Program-made: the position numbers and the translations under genes
Notes under the pieces: model-generated
What the model saw: the letters and a program-made list of their open reading frames with translations, nothing else
Databases searched by the model: none
What the model was told of the DNA's origin: nothing
Shown: piece after piece, positions 41,366 through 52,108 of the stretch
Numbering within the stretch: position 1 is the first letter of the stretch
How the letters are laid out: each line of letters begins with the position of its first letter
DNA from: Prorocentrum cordatum
Lineage: Eukaryota
DNA: 52,108 nt
Direction of reading: 5' to 3'
NCBI GenBank assembly: GCA_963575745.1
Contig: CAUYUJ010000004.1
Location: 620,001-672,108 of the forward strand

Positions 41366-43634
41366 GCCCGAAAATGAAGCCGGCGCCTCAGCGAGAACAG
41401 GATTTTGAAAACAAATGCAGGCGAAAACCCCACTCCGGGGAATCCTGCGTGTAAAAAACATCACGCGGGGTGGGGTGGGGGGGGCGAACACTCCCAACCC
41501 GTCGTCGGGGGAAGGAGGAGAATCGCATTTATATGGAATAACTGTAGAGGAGGAGGGGGGGCATCAGGGCGCGGGGAGCCGAACGCCGCGGCGCCAGAAC
41601 AAATTCGGCGAATCAGAAACCCATGATGCGCCTGTTGGGCGGCGAAAAGTTGAATCGCAAGATGCGCCCCCGAAGTCCCGTCGCTGCATTCCCGCGAAGA
41701 AAGGGGGGGCGACGAGGAGGAGGAACACATGGGCCAAGTTCCTCGGGGTCAAGCGGTCGCGCGCTCAGCTCGCAGGGGGCGGGGGGGGGGGGGGGAGAGG
41801 AGGAGGAGATGGAGGCATGCATGAGGCGCATCAAAATCCCTGCGCCAGCGATGTCATCCCGCGCACCCCACGGCGCACAATATCACAGCGCAATGAATTT
41901 CAGAAGTTCCGATCAACAACCGTGTAATGTTGTCGACGAACTTCTGGCACAACGGAATGCACTGCTGCATCTTATCCCGCATGCGGACATGGCGACCTGC
42001 GCGCAACGTGGCAGCTGATGTTCGCGCGCAACTGAACAAAGGAGCATGGAGGGGACGAGGCGGAGGAGGAAAGGGAGAGGATGGGATATCAGCAGGAGGA
42101 GGAAGAGGAGGAAGGAAAGGGGGATGATGAGGGAGAGTTTGCGGTACCACTTGGCAACTTGAGCAAATTCCAATCACGTTGCATGTTCACGTTAGTGCCA
42201 TATTCACCGTCGGCCCCCGGTCGAGACGGGGGGCGGGGGGGCGCCCGCGGGGGGGCCAGGGCCTGCGCACACGCAGTAATAACGGAATGTCCGCGCAGCA
42301 AATGTGCAGCGCTGCGCGCGCGTGCACGCAGGGATGTGGATGCGCGCGCTCTCTTCCACGCTGCCCGCGCACGAACAGCTGCAAACGCAGTTCGAAGTGC
42401 GATCGCTACAGCAATCGACTAAAGCAATGCAATCGGCGGCGGCGGCGGCGCGGATGCGCGAGGGGGCGCGCGGCCGCGACGGGAGGAAGGCGACGGCGAC
42501 GACGACGACGACGACGCGGAAGATACAGGGGAAGATAATTCGCGCGAGCGTGACTGCGACTGCTACTTCTGTCCGCCACACGCCCGGGTCGCCACCGAGC
42601 TCCACCTCGCCCCCGCCCCTTTTTTCACGCGGGCGCGATGCGCAGGCTGCTTTCCGCCAATCGCAAAGCAAAGCTACGGAGTGAGCGAGGTGCACCGACA
42701 ACGACGAGGCATACGAAGAGTCTTGGACAATAATCAGAATAAGACGCGTTTCGATGCTCGCCGACCTCCGCCACCCTTGCCCCCCCCTAGCCCGACTACA
42801 AGGGCCTTGGGCGCTGGATCCGCTCTCATTTCCGGCGCCTCTTCGGGCATGGCTCGTCGCCTGGCCTTGCGTCGGGCCCGCCGGCGCCGCCGCCGTCGCC
42901 CCGGGGGGGCTTCCGGGGGGGCGACGCCGCCGTCGCTTGGGGGAGCGCCCGCCGACTCCGCGCCGTCGAACTGCAGCTGGTCGGAGCTGCAAATGCGGAC
43001 GGCGGGCCGCCACCTCGGCGCGACCAGCGGGCGCGGAGCGGGCGACGGCCGGGGCCAACTGCGACCCCCCCCTGGCAATATACGCTGGAAGTTCTAAAAC
43101 TTGTCTGCGCGCTAAACCTTCCAAAAGAAATCGCCGAGGGTCCCAATGTCTTGAGGCGCGTCGGCCAAGCCCGATTGAATTTGGCCATCGTATGCGAGGC
43201 GAACAATGGGGGACGGCGCGCTGCGCGAGGGCCCGCGGCCGCCGCGGCGACGCGCTCGGCGCGCGCGAATCCGGGGAAGCCCCCAATCCAGTTCGCGGCT
43301 GGGGGCGACGCTTTACAGGCGCAGGGGCCCGTGCGGGGGCGATGAAACTCAAACCCCGCCCGCAGGCCCCCCCCGGCCGCTCGGGCCCAGCTGGCGGATA
43401 GATGGCGGGGGCAGACGCGGGCCCCCCAAGCGGAGGGCAGTCCTTCGGCTCGCAAGCCCTCGGCGGTCAGGCCGACCTCCTCGCCGCCCTTCAGCGCGTG
43501 GAAGAGACGCGCCCCGTCGCCCGGCATTCCGACCGCCTGCAATGTCCACTCCGGGACAGCGAAGGGCGTGGAGCACCCCAGGCCGCCCCGCGGCGCCCGC
43601 CGAACCTTGGCCCCCGCCCCATGGCTCTTAACCC

Positions 43635-44760
43635 GAGCGCAGGGGTGGTCTCCGAGCGCGGCGTCTATGCGGGCCATGGCGCAGGGCGTGGCAGGTGTGG
43701 CACTGTCCTCACCCCGTAGGGGGTGCGCAGGGGGTGGCCTCCGAGCGCGGCGTCTATGCGGGCCATGGCGCAGGGCGTGACAGGCGTGGCACTTTCTCGA
43801 CCTTGTAGGGGGTGCGCAGGGGGCGGTCTCCGAGCGCGGCGTCTACGCGGGCCATGGCGCAGGGCGTGGCAGGTGTGGCGCGGGGGGTGGTCTCCGAGCG
43901 CGGCGTCTATGCGGGCCATGGCGCAGGGCGTGGCAGGTGCGGCACTTTCTCGACCTCGTAGGGGGTGCGCAGGGGGTGGCTCCGAGCGCGGCGTCTATGC
44001 GGGCCATGGCGCGGGGCGCGGCAGGCGCGGCACTTCATCGACTTCGTAGGGGGTGCGCAGGGGGCGGTCTATGCGGGCCATGGCGCGGCGTCTATGCGGG
44101 CCGGGGCGCAGGGCAGGGCAGGTGTAGCAATTTCCTTACGCCGCAGGGGGTGCGCAGGGGGTGGCCTCCGAGCGCGGCATCTATGCGGGCTGGGGCGCAG
44201 GGCGTGGCAGGTGCGGCACTGTCCCCACCCCGTAGGGGGTGCGCAGGGGGTGGTCTCCGAGCGCGGCGTCTATGCGGGCCACGGCGCAGGGCGTGGCAGG
44301 TGTGGCGCTTACTCGACCTCGTAGGTGGTGCGCAGGGAGTGGTTTTCGAGCGCGGCGTCTATGCGGGCCATGGCGCGGGGCGTGGCAGACACGGCGTATC
44401 TCGACACCGCAAGGGGTTTGCAGGGAATGGTCCCCGAGCGGGGCGTCTATGCGGGCCATGGCGCAGGGCATGGCAGGCGCGGCGCATTCTCGACGCCACA
44501 GGGGGTGCGCAGGGGGGGGGTCTCCCTATCCGTTGCGGCCTCGCAAAGTGTGGCAGGCGTGGCACTTCCTCGACGCCACAGGGGGTGCGCTGGGGGTGGT
44601 CTCCCTATCCGTTGCGGCCTCGCATAGCGTGGCAGGCGTGGCACTTCCTCGACACCACGGGGGGTGCGCTGGGGGTGGTCCCCCTATCCGCTGCGGCCCC
44701 GCAAGGCGCGGCAGGCGCGGCACTTCCTCGACGCCACATGGGGTGCGCTGGGGGTGGCAA
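43635..44760. repeat. GC-rich minisatellite, ~80-bp units (CCGAGCGCGGCGTCTATGCGGGCCATGGCGCAGGGCGTGGCAGG), grading into a variant with CCCTATCCGTTGCGGCC
   Basis: More than 10 tandem diverged copies. Confidence 0.92.
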
Positions 44761-44853
44761 CGGCCGCCAACATCATTCTCACATGCCTCACTTCAGCTAT
44801 CATCTCTCCAGCCATAATATAAGTGCGCGGGTTTCCTCGGTAGCGTAATTTTC

Positions 44854-45385
44854 TCACGCCCTCTTCTTCGCGCAATCATCGGCAGGATAAGCGTGGGCGC
44901 GGCCGCCCGTCGGGCACCCCTTCCCGCGACAATAACACAGTGGGCACGAGTCCGCAGGCACGAAGTACATGCACTTACGATGCCTTTTCCACGCGCACGG
45001 GATCTGGAGCGCCGCCATTGGCAGGCGCAGCAACGACGGCGAGGACTGCTGGCTGGGCCGCACTACCGGCGGCAGACGAATTAGAAGCACCAGGCATAAG
45101 GCCACCGGGGGCGTCGCGTAGCGACAGCGGCACAGGGCAGGCTTGCGCGCCGACGCCTGCAGAAGCAGCACGTTTAGAAGGTGATACCGAAGACGCTGAA
45201 GACGAGCTCGACGACGAAGAAGCAGAAGAAGAACTGGAAGGTAAACCCGAAGACACCTCCACTTGGAGACGTTTGCGGTACTTGGTCAAGTTTTTGTTCA
45301 CCTTGTCCATCTTCACTTGGAGCTTGGATTTCTCTGCCTCCAGCCTGCCGGTCTTTTTCTGGATACCGGGCGTGCCTTTCGGCAT
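44854..45385 (-). CDS. Possible small protein or pseudogene: basic coiled-coil N-terminus, Ser/Ala linker, C-terminal Cys/His motif in a shifted frame
   Basis: MPKGTPGIQKKTGRLEAEKSKLQVKMDKVNKNLTKYRKRL...EKAS*; the alternate frame ends CPLCYCRGKGCPTGGRAHAYPADDCAKKRA*. Confidence 0.4.
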
Positions 45386-45554
45386 TGTGCGCGAGGTGAT
45401 CGGCTGGGGCTGGCAAGTGCCACTTGTGCCAACATGCTGACGGACGATGGGGTGAGCCACGCGCCAGTATATTCAGCTACTGACGACGGCGTGAATCAAG
45501 TGCCGATGAGAAGTGATCGTACTTCCGACATGAAGCAACAGCGCCAGCATCAGT

Positions 45555-46450
45555 GCAATCGTCATTTTCAGCGTCAGCGTCGTTCGTCAACGTCATCGTC
45601 AGCGTCGTTTTCGTAATCATCATCATCACCCTCATCATCAAGATCAACCAGATCATCGTCATCAGCATCGTCATCGTCGTCATCACGATCATCATCCTCG
45701 TCGTCATCGTCATCATCATCGTCGTCGTCATGGTCATAATCGTTATCCTTCTCCTCTTCCTCCTCCTCCCCCTCATCATCATCATAAGCACCACCACCAG
45801 CACCACCATCATCGTCACCATCATCATCAGCAGCATCATCATCGTTGTCATCCTCATCCTCATCATCATCGCCACCATCATCACCATCATCCTCGTCGTC
45901 GTTTTCATCATCATCATCGCCATGGCCATTGCCATCGTAATCGTTATTATCAGCAGCATCATCGTCATCAGCATCATCATCAACGTCATCCTCAGCATCG
46001 TCGTCACCGTCACGATTGATGAACAAAGGGGCATCCTGGGCATCGTCATCCGCATAATTCTCATCACCAACGTTCCGAATAGCTGCCAGGGCATCCCATT
46101 GCGGGGATAATGTGAAATTCCACGAGCCCGCTGGGCGCAAGTACGATACGGGGTCATATATCCCCTCCTCCTCCTCTTTCCCCTTCTCCTCCTCCTCTCT
46201 CCTCCTCGTTCCCCCCTCCCCCCCTTCCTCCTCCTTGCTCCTCTTCTTTCCTCCTGTATCCTCCGCCTCCTCCTCCTCATCTCTCCTCCTCCTCTCTCCC
46301 CTCTCCTCCCCTCCTCCTCCTCCTCCTCCTCCTCTTCCTCCCCTCTCCCCCACCTCCTCTCCTCCTCCTCCTCCTCCTCCTCCTCCTCCTCATCCTCATC
46401 CTCCTCCTCCCCCTCCTCTTCCTCCTCCTTCTCATCCTTCTCCGTCTCCC
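45555..46450. repeat. Degenerate (ATC/GTC)n then (CCT)n microsatellites
   Basis: Directly visible. Confidence 0.93.
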
Positions 46451-46763
46451 CATAGACGCGATGCTTCAAACATGCGCGTATCTGTTATGCAGTGCTATGC
46501 TATGATATTCGATGCCACGCAATGCTACGCCTCAAAACCAATGCAATGCCATGCTCTGGCATGGAATGCGATGCTATGCAATGTTATGACGTGTTATGAA
46601 GTGCTCTGCTATGTATGCTGCGGTGCAGTGCTATGCAGTGCTTTGCTCTGCCATGGCTACGCAGTGCTATGCCTTAGTATTATATGCAGGGCCTTGCTAT
46701 GATACGCTATGAAGTGCGATGGAGGAGGCGGCCGGTACCTTGAGTACCATTGAGGTATGCCCA

Positions 46764-46985
46764 GGCGGAAAGGTGGCGGAAGGGTGGCGGAAGGGCTGCG
46801 GACGCGCGGCGGAAGGGCGCGGCGGAAGGGCGGCGGCAGGGCGGAAAGGGCGGCGGAACGGCGGCGGAAGGGCGGCGGAAAGGTTGCGGAAGGGCGGCGG
46901 AAGGGCGGCGGAAAGGGTGGCAGAATGGCGGCGGCAGGGCGGCGGAAGGGTGGCGGAAGGGTGGCGCAACGACGGCCGAAAGGCG
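46764..46985. repeat. (GGCGGCGGAAG)n 11-12-bp minisatellite
   Basis: Directly visible. Confidence 0.9.
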
Positions 46986-47199
46986 GAACAGGCGGCGGGG
47001 GGCGGGGGGAAAAGCATTGGAAAGACGGCGGGGTTCCCGAGCCGTCACGGAAGGATTTCCATGGAATTTTTGCAGATCCTGGAAATAGAAAAAACCAGAA
47101 CCCAGAAACTGAAGAAAAACCGAGGCGCAAGGACCCCAGGAGTCGTTGAAACTCGAAGATTTCCCGGGATCCATAGAAATCAAAGAATTTATATAAACC

Positions 47200-47530
47200 C
47201 CGAACTGTAGGAAATCAGAAATCCAGGAACGTGGCATGCGGAATCCAGGATTTTAGAAATCTCAAGAATCCAGGGAAACTTAATAGTAATATTTTCGGAA
47301 TCCTTAGGAATCTTTTCGGAATCCTAAGGTGTCCTTAGGAATCTTTTCGGAATCCTTCGGATCTCCAGGAACTCGTAGGAATCCTTCGGGAATCCCCAGG
47401 ACCCCCTGAGGAACCTTCGGAATCCTCACGGCCCCCTGAGGAACCGCTGGGAATCCTGAGGGTTCCCTTAGGAATCATCGGGGATCTTTTGGAACCCGCA
47501 GGAACCCGTCAGGAATATCTGAGAATTCTT
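47200..47530. repeat. Degenerate GGAATCCT-based short-period repeat
   Basis: GGAATC(C/T)T and GGAACC recur roughly every 10-11 bp. Confidence 0.75.
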
Positions 47531-47609
47531 GGGGGTCCGGAGAGGCGGGTGCGAAACGGTGTACATAGCATCATATTCCGATACCCTGCCCGCTCTGTCG
47601 GAGCCTCCC

Positions 47610-48556
47610 TTGTGCCCCCTTTTCCTATCCATTTTCTCTCCCTGTCCCTTCCCTTTTTCAATGTTCCATCGCTTTTCCTCCCCATGTCCTTTCATGTTCC
47701 CTCCCCTTTTTTTTTCCTTCCCCTATCCTTATCCCTCCTTTTGTCCCTCCCATTGTCCTTCCCTTCTCCCTCCCTTTTCCGTCCCTTTTCCCTTCCTTTT
47801 TCTTTATTTTTGCCATTCTTTTTCACTCCCTTTTCCCTCCCTTTTTCAATTTCTTTTCCCTCCCGTTTCCTCCCCTGTCCTTCCATTTTCTATATTTTTT
47901 CGTAATTGTTCCCTCCCGTTTCCCTTCCTTGTCCTTCCTTTCCCTACCGTTTTCCCTTCCTTGTCCTTCCTTTCCCTACCGTTTTCCCTGCCATTTTCCC
48001 TTCCTTTTCCCTTTTCCTTCGCTTTCCTATCACTTTTTCCATATCTTTTCCCTTCATTTTCCTCCCCTGTCCTTCCCGCCCTTTTTCCTGCCTTTTCCTT
48101 CCCGTTTCCCTCCCTTTCCCCCCACCCTATTTTTCCTTTTTCCTTCTCTTCCTTCCCTTTTCCTTCCCTGTTCCCTCCCTTTTTCTTTCCTTTTCCTGTC
48201 CCTCCCTGTTTCTTCTCATTCCTCCCTTTTCCCCCCTTTTCCCTCCTCTTCCCTCCCTTTTCCTCCCCATGTCCTTGCCTTTTTCCATAATTTGCTCCAT
48301 CTCTTTTTCCATCCTTTTTTCCTTTTCTTGTCCCTCCTTTTTCACTCCCTTTTCCCTCCCTTTTCCTCCCTTTTCCATCCCTTTCCCTCCCTTTTCCCAT
48401 CTCCTTTTCCTCCCTTGTTCCCTGTCTTTTCCCTCCTTTTCCCCTCCCTGTTTCCCTTTCTTTTCCCTCCCTTTTCCTTCCCGTTTACTTTCCTTTTCCC
48501 AACTTTTTGTCCTTCCCTGTCCTTCTCTTTTGCAACCCTCCCTTTTCGCTTTTTCC
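47610..48556 (+). repeat. ~950-bp polypyrimidine (TTTCC/TTCCC) tract
   Basis: Almost entirely C/T on the + strand. Confidence 0.95.
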
Positions 48557-48592
48557 CGGGCCGAATGAAGGACAGGGGCGGCCCGCGGAATC

Positions 48593-48726
48593 AATTAACT
48601 CCGGAGTTAAGTGTTTTTGCGGCTGGGTGGAAGCAGCATTCATAGAGTGACTTAATTTCGGAGGTAAGTCGTCGTGAAGGTGGTAGCAATACAAAAGGAG
48701 AGAATCACTTAACTTCGGAGTTAAGT
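48593..48726. repeat. Regularly interspaced 20-bp palindrome array B
   Basis: Copies at 48593-48612, 48650-48669 and 48707-48726, with two dissimilar 37-bp spacers (exact 57-bp period). Confidence 0.85.
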
Positions 48727-49585
48727 GATAATTACCTTCCTGGTTTCAGTGTTTTTCCCGCGTGCCTTCTGCTCTGTTCGAGTTTCGGCCGCTCTCGTGG
48801 GACATAGCACCGAGGCTAGCATAGCAATTCTGTGATATAGTGAGCGTGCGAGACCGCCGCGGGGGCAACAGGTAACCACCCCGCCGCGGGAGCAATAGGT
48901 GACCAGCGCGCTCCTGGAGGGAAGTGCAGATGATAATCCTATGGCGTTGTGAAATAGCATGCCCCCGTACCTGATCGTTTCTCACGCTCTGTGTGCATGT
49001 GTGCCGCTTTGGCTGCTAGTAAGTCAGATAATGTCCCCCGTGGAGTCCCCATTCGTCGGGGTCGCGTGGGCGAACCTGGAACCGCGATGGCTCCGCCGGC
49101 GCCGCCCCATGCCTAGCGGCCCGCCCGTTAGACAAGCACTTACCTCAGGCTCACTGTGCCGGGGGTTTTCAGATTCGGGGCAATGTTTCGAGTCCTCGAT
49201 TTGCATTTCGGGAGGAGCATCACAGCGAGATTCTGGACCGTTCAGGCGACATCGGCGCTCCAGGTGGCAGTCAGTCAGTCAATAAATCTTTCCTCCTCCT
49301 CCTTTCTCCTCTTTCCTCCTCCTGAGCGGCAGAGTGTCAGAGGAGGAAAATAGGTTCGGAGTGTGCGCGAACGCGCAATACATCTGCATTGATTCTCCCG
49401 CCCGATGCAATGGATCCGGTTCGGGCTGTTCTGAAAAATCATGTTGACATGTTGCAGATCACTTCCTGTTCTTCGTCCAGGGATCAGCATTGGTACCTCT
49501 GTTGGTGTTCGTCGTCGTCGCCCGCAGAGAGAAAACACCTTCAGACGTCGGGCCAGCGCCCGCCCGATTCACTGAGATTTCAGAC

Positions 49586-49852
49586 ATCATCGTCGTCGTC
49601 TGTCGTCGTCCGTCGTGCGTCGACGGTCGTCCCTCGACGTCGTCCGTCGTGGGTCGTCGGTCGTGGGTCGACGGTCGTCGTCGTCGCCGCCGGTCGTCGA
49701 TCGTCGATCGTCGTCGTCGTCGTCGTCGGTCATCGGTCATCGGTCGTCGGTCGTCGGTCGTCGGTCGTCGGTCGTCGGTCGTCGGTCGTCGGTCGTCGTC
49801 GTCGATCGTCGTCGATCGCCGTCGTCGTTGTCGTCGTCGTCGTCGTCCGTCG
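49586..49852. repeat. (GTC)n/(GTCGTCG)n microsatellite
   Basis: Directly visible. Confidence 0.93.
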
Positions 49853-51719
49853 CCCGCAATTGCCGCTCGCCCCTCGCTTGGGGCGCCGGCGCGCGGCCAA
49901 GGGTTCTTGTGAGCTCCAGCCAATGGTCAGAGGGGGAAGGGGTACCCAGGCTGCTGCCCTTCCCTCGTTTTCCCCTTTCTGGGCCACCCGGGAGGCGCTC
50001 GTCGCCACTGCTGAGTTCGCCTCGAAATCATGGTCAGAGCGCACCCCAGGAGAGGTCCGGGGAGTAGCGGTATCGGCTTCTCATCGGCGCCACGAAGACG
50101 AGGGAGGAGGTGGGCAAAAGTGGAGGAGAGGCACAGGGGGAAGGGGAGGGGCAGGGGCGGAGGGTGTGGCAACTGTTCCCCCGTCGGCATCGCCGGCCAG
50201 GCTCCGCACTGCTCGTGACCGCCTCCAGCTACGGACCTCGGGCCGGGCCAGAGGCGGGGAGCCTCGGGGACGGTGGTCGGGCAGGGCCATGGCGAGGGCA
50301 AATCCGTTCCAGAGCGGCTTGATTGGATCCTCGTCCTTGAGTCGAGGGAAAGACGGGAGCCATGACCAACATGTCCCCGGAGCTGGTCGATGCAGAGCTT
50401 GGTGATGGTCCGTGTCGGACCTCGTGGGTTCGCGGGGGTGCTCCACGAATTGACGCTGACCAAGGTTGACAGTGACCGAGAAGGGCACGATTTTTCCGCG
50501 TTCAGTCTCGGTCATAGTCCCCATTCTTTTTCCCTCCAGACAGGATCATGACAATGAAACTATGTTCGCAAACGCCAACGCGCACAGTACAGTGGACATG
50601 TTTCGGTGTAGGCTGACGAGCGTGAGACGCTCAACAACACATGCGCACTATGTGTCGGGGGAGTGACTGTATACCTTTGTTTATGTATGTGCGGCTCCCA
50701 GCAACGTAAGACTCGAGTTTGCCAGCATTCGGTTTTGCTACTGGCTGATGACGACCACAATATCATTTTGACGGCCCAGTGTTAGTGAGATGTTCTCATC
50801 GGGAGGTCGCGTCAAATTGCAGGCTACCGAGGAAGCGCAAACATGGATTAAGGCGCGTGTGTTAGCGACGGGTCCCGCTTCCATAAAATCTCGACCGGCT
50901 CCGTCGCCAAACCGAGCGGCACTGGTTGCATGATTCAAGGAAGAGTTTGCCCGATCCGTGGATCTGGCGTCTACGCCCCCGATCCACGGATCCCTGATCC
51001 ATGTCAGCGGGTGCCCGAGGTCAGGGCTTGTAAAGATCTGAGAAGCCCGACAGAGAGTACACTCTTTTTAAACACGAGTCGCCGATCTGCCTTGCCGATT
51101 TGCACCTCTAGCGGTGCGACAGGGAGGAGTGATTTGCCGTAGCCCCCGCATTTCGGATACGAGTGAGGGGGCAGCGGGGTACTCGGCGGTCTGCGAGGCT
51201 CTGATGAAGCCCGCCACAGGCGCTTTGTCGTTCAAAAAATAGAATTATCCTGGCGAAGGACCCAACCATATGCAGTTGTGAGTATCGCAAGTGTGAGTAT
51301 CTTCTTCGGTGGCGCTCCCTATGGGGCCACGAACCGCATGAGGGGTGTGCCGAAATGTGGCGGGGTACACAACGCAAAGGAATACGATAGATCTGATTAC
51401 GAGAGAAAGAACGCGGGCGAGTCAGAGCGCGAGGGAATCTGAGTATGAATGGGTTTGCGCGCGAGTGAATATATTTGCATGAATGCGATCATGGAACCGC
51501 CTAGTGTAAGTGTCGAGCATGCCTGTCCGAACACACGTGACACTGGGCGTGGCCGCCGCAGACAGCTTCCGCGGGAACCCCGACGGCAGCGTCCGCACGT
51601 CGCGACGCCCATGTCGGCACGCCTCTTGCGAGGATCGCGCCCGCTTTCGGCTCTTCTTTTCCTTCCTCTTTGCCCGCGCACTCCAAAATCCAAGGCTGCG
51701 GGCGCAGCGCAGCGCGGAT

Positions 51720-51956
51720 TCCCCGCGACGCGCGCTGGTCGCCCCGGGCGGGGTCCCAGCGACGCGCGCGGGTCGTCCGCTGCGCGAAGCAGAGAGAGCT
51801 GACTAGCTAACTGGCTGGCTGATAGCGGGCAATTCTCTGACCGCTGGGCAGAGCGACGACGGGCGAACGAGGCGCCGGGCCCCCCGCAGCACGGAGTTCC
51901 CGCGACGCGCGCTGGTCGCCCCGAGAGGGTCCCCGCGACGCGCGCGGGTCGTCCGC
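51720..51956. repeat. Duplicated ~60-bp doublet of CCCGCGACGCGCGC(T/G)GGTCG
   Basis: Copies at ~51720-51780 and ~51897-51956. Confidence 0.8.
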
Positions 51957-52108
51957 GGCGCGAGGCCAAACAATTAGTCGGGCAGTCGAGAGAAGGCGCG
52001 GCTCGGGGGAGACGCTCCTCAGGTCAGGCCTCGCGGATGAACTCGGTGAAGCCGGGCTCCCTGGCGAGGGCCGTCGCTTCCCTCCTGCGCCGCTTCGTGC
52101 GCGCCGCA

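Noticed and set aside
40846..43100. Possible scattered exons (e.g. MAYIPSLLALSDVEQGNDPE followed by GT)
   Set aside because: No consistent spliced product or domain could be assembled by eye.
45477..48645. Hydrophobic, acidic or Phe/Pro-rich ORFs resembling membrane proteins
   Set aside because: Translations of (ATC)n and polypyrimidine tracts.
50300..51520. Unique, lower-GC sequence that may be a decayed gene
   Set aside because: Only short broken frames with no motif I can recognise.

Overview
Repeat-rich, GC-rich eukaryotic DNA. It is most consistent with a dinoflagellate (inference from a GC-AG intron with AG|G junctions, GGCTCAAG motifs, a Copia element carrying a DNMT-like domain, and palindromic satellites). 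About 1-17.5 kb is a block of + strand genes embedded in a palindromic GAGCTC satellite. It includes an intronless ~1050-aa protein with ParB-like and beta-class (N6A/N4C) DNA-methyltransferase-like motif patterns. Directly downstream is a Ser/Thr kinase fused to an AlkB-type 2OG-Fe(II) dioxygenase; together these form a candidate DNA-modification module. About 17.8-25.5 kb is a decayed, 3'-truncated Ty1/Copia retrotransposon (- strand) with a cytosine-methyltransferase-like domain between protease and integrase. The right half contains two Helitron-like 3' ends and a 6.4-kb foldback element with ~1.1-1.4-kb inverted arms and a TCT target duplication that splits a C2H2 zinc-finger remnant. It also has two short regularly interspaced arrays of a 20-bp palindrome and many mini/microsatellites. 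All domain calls come from motif reading by eye; no database search was run.
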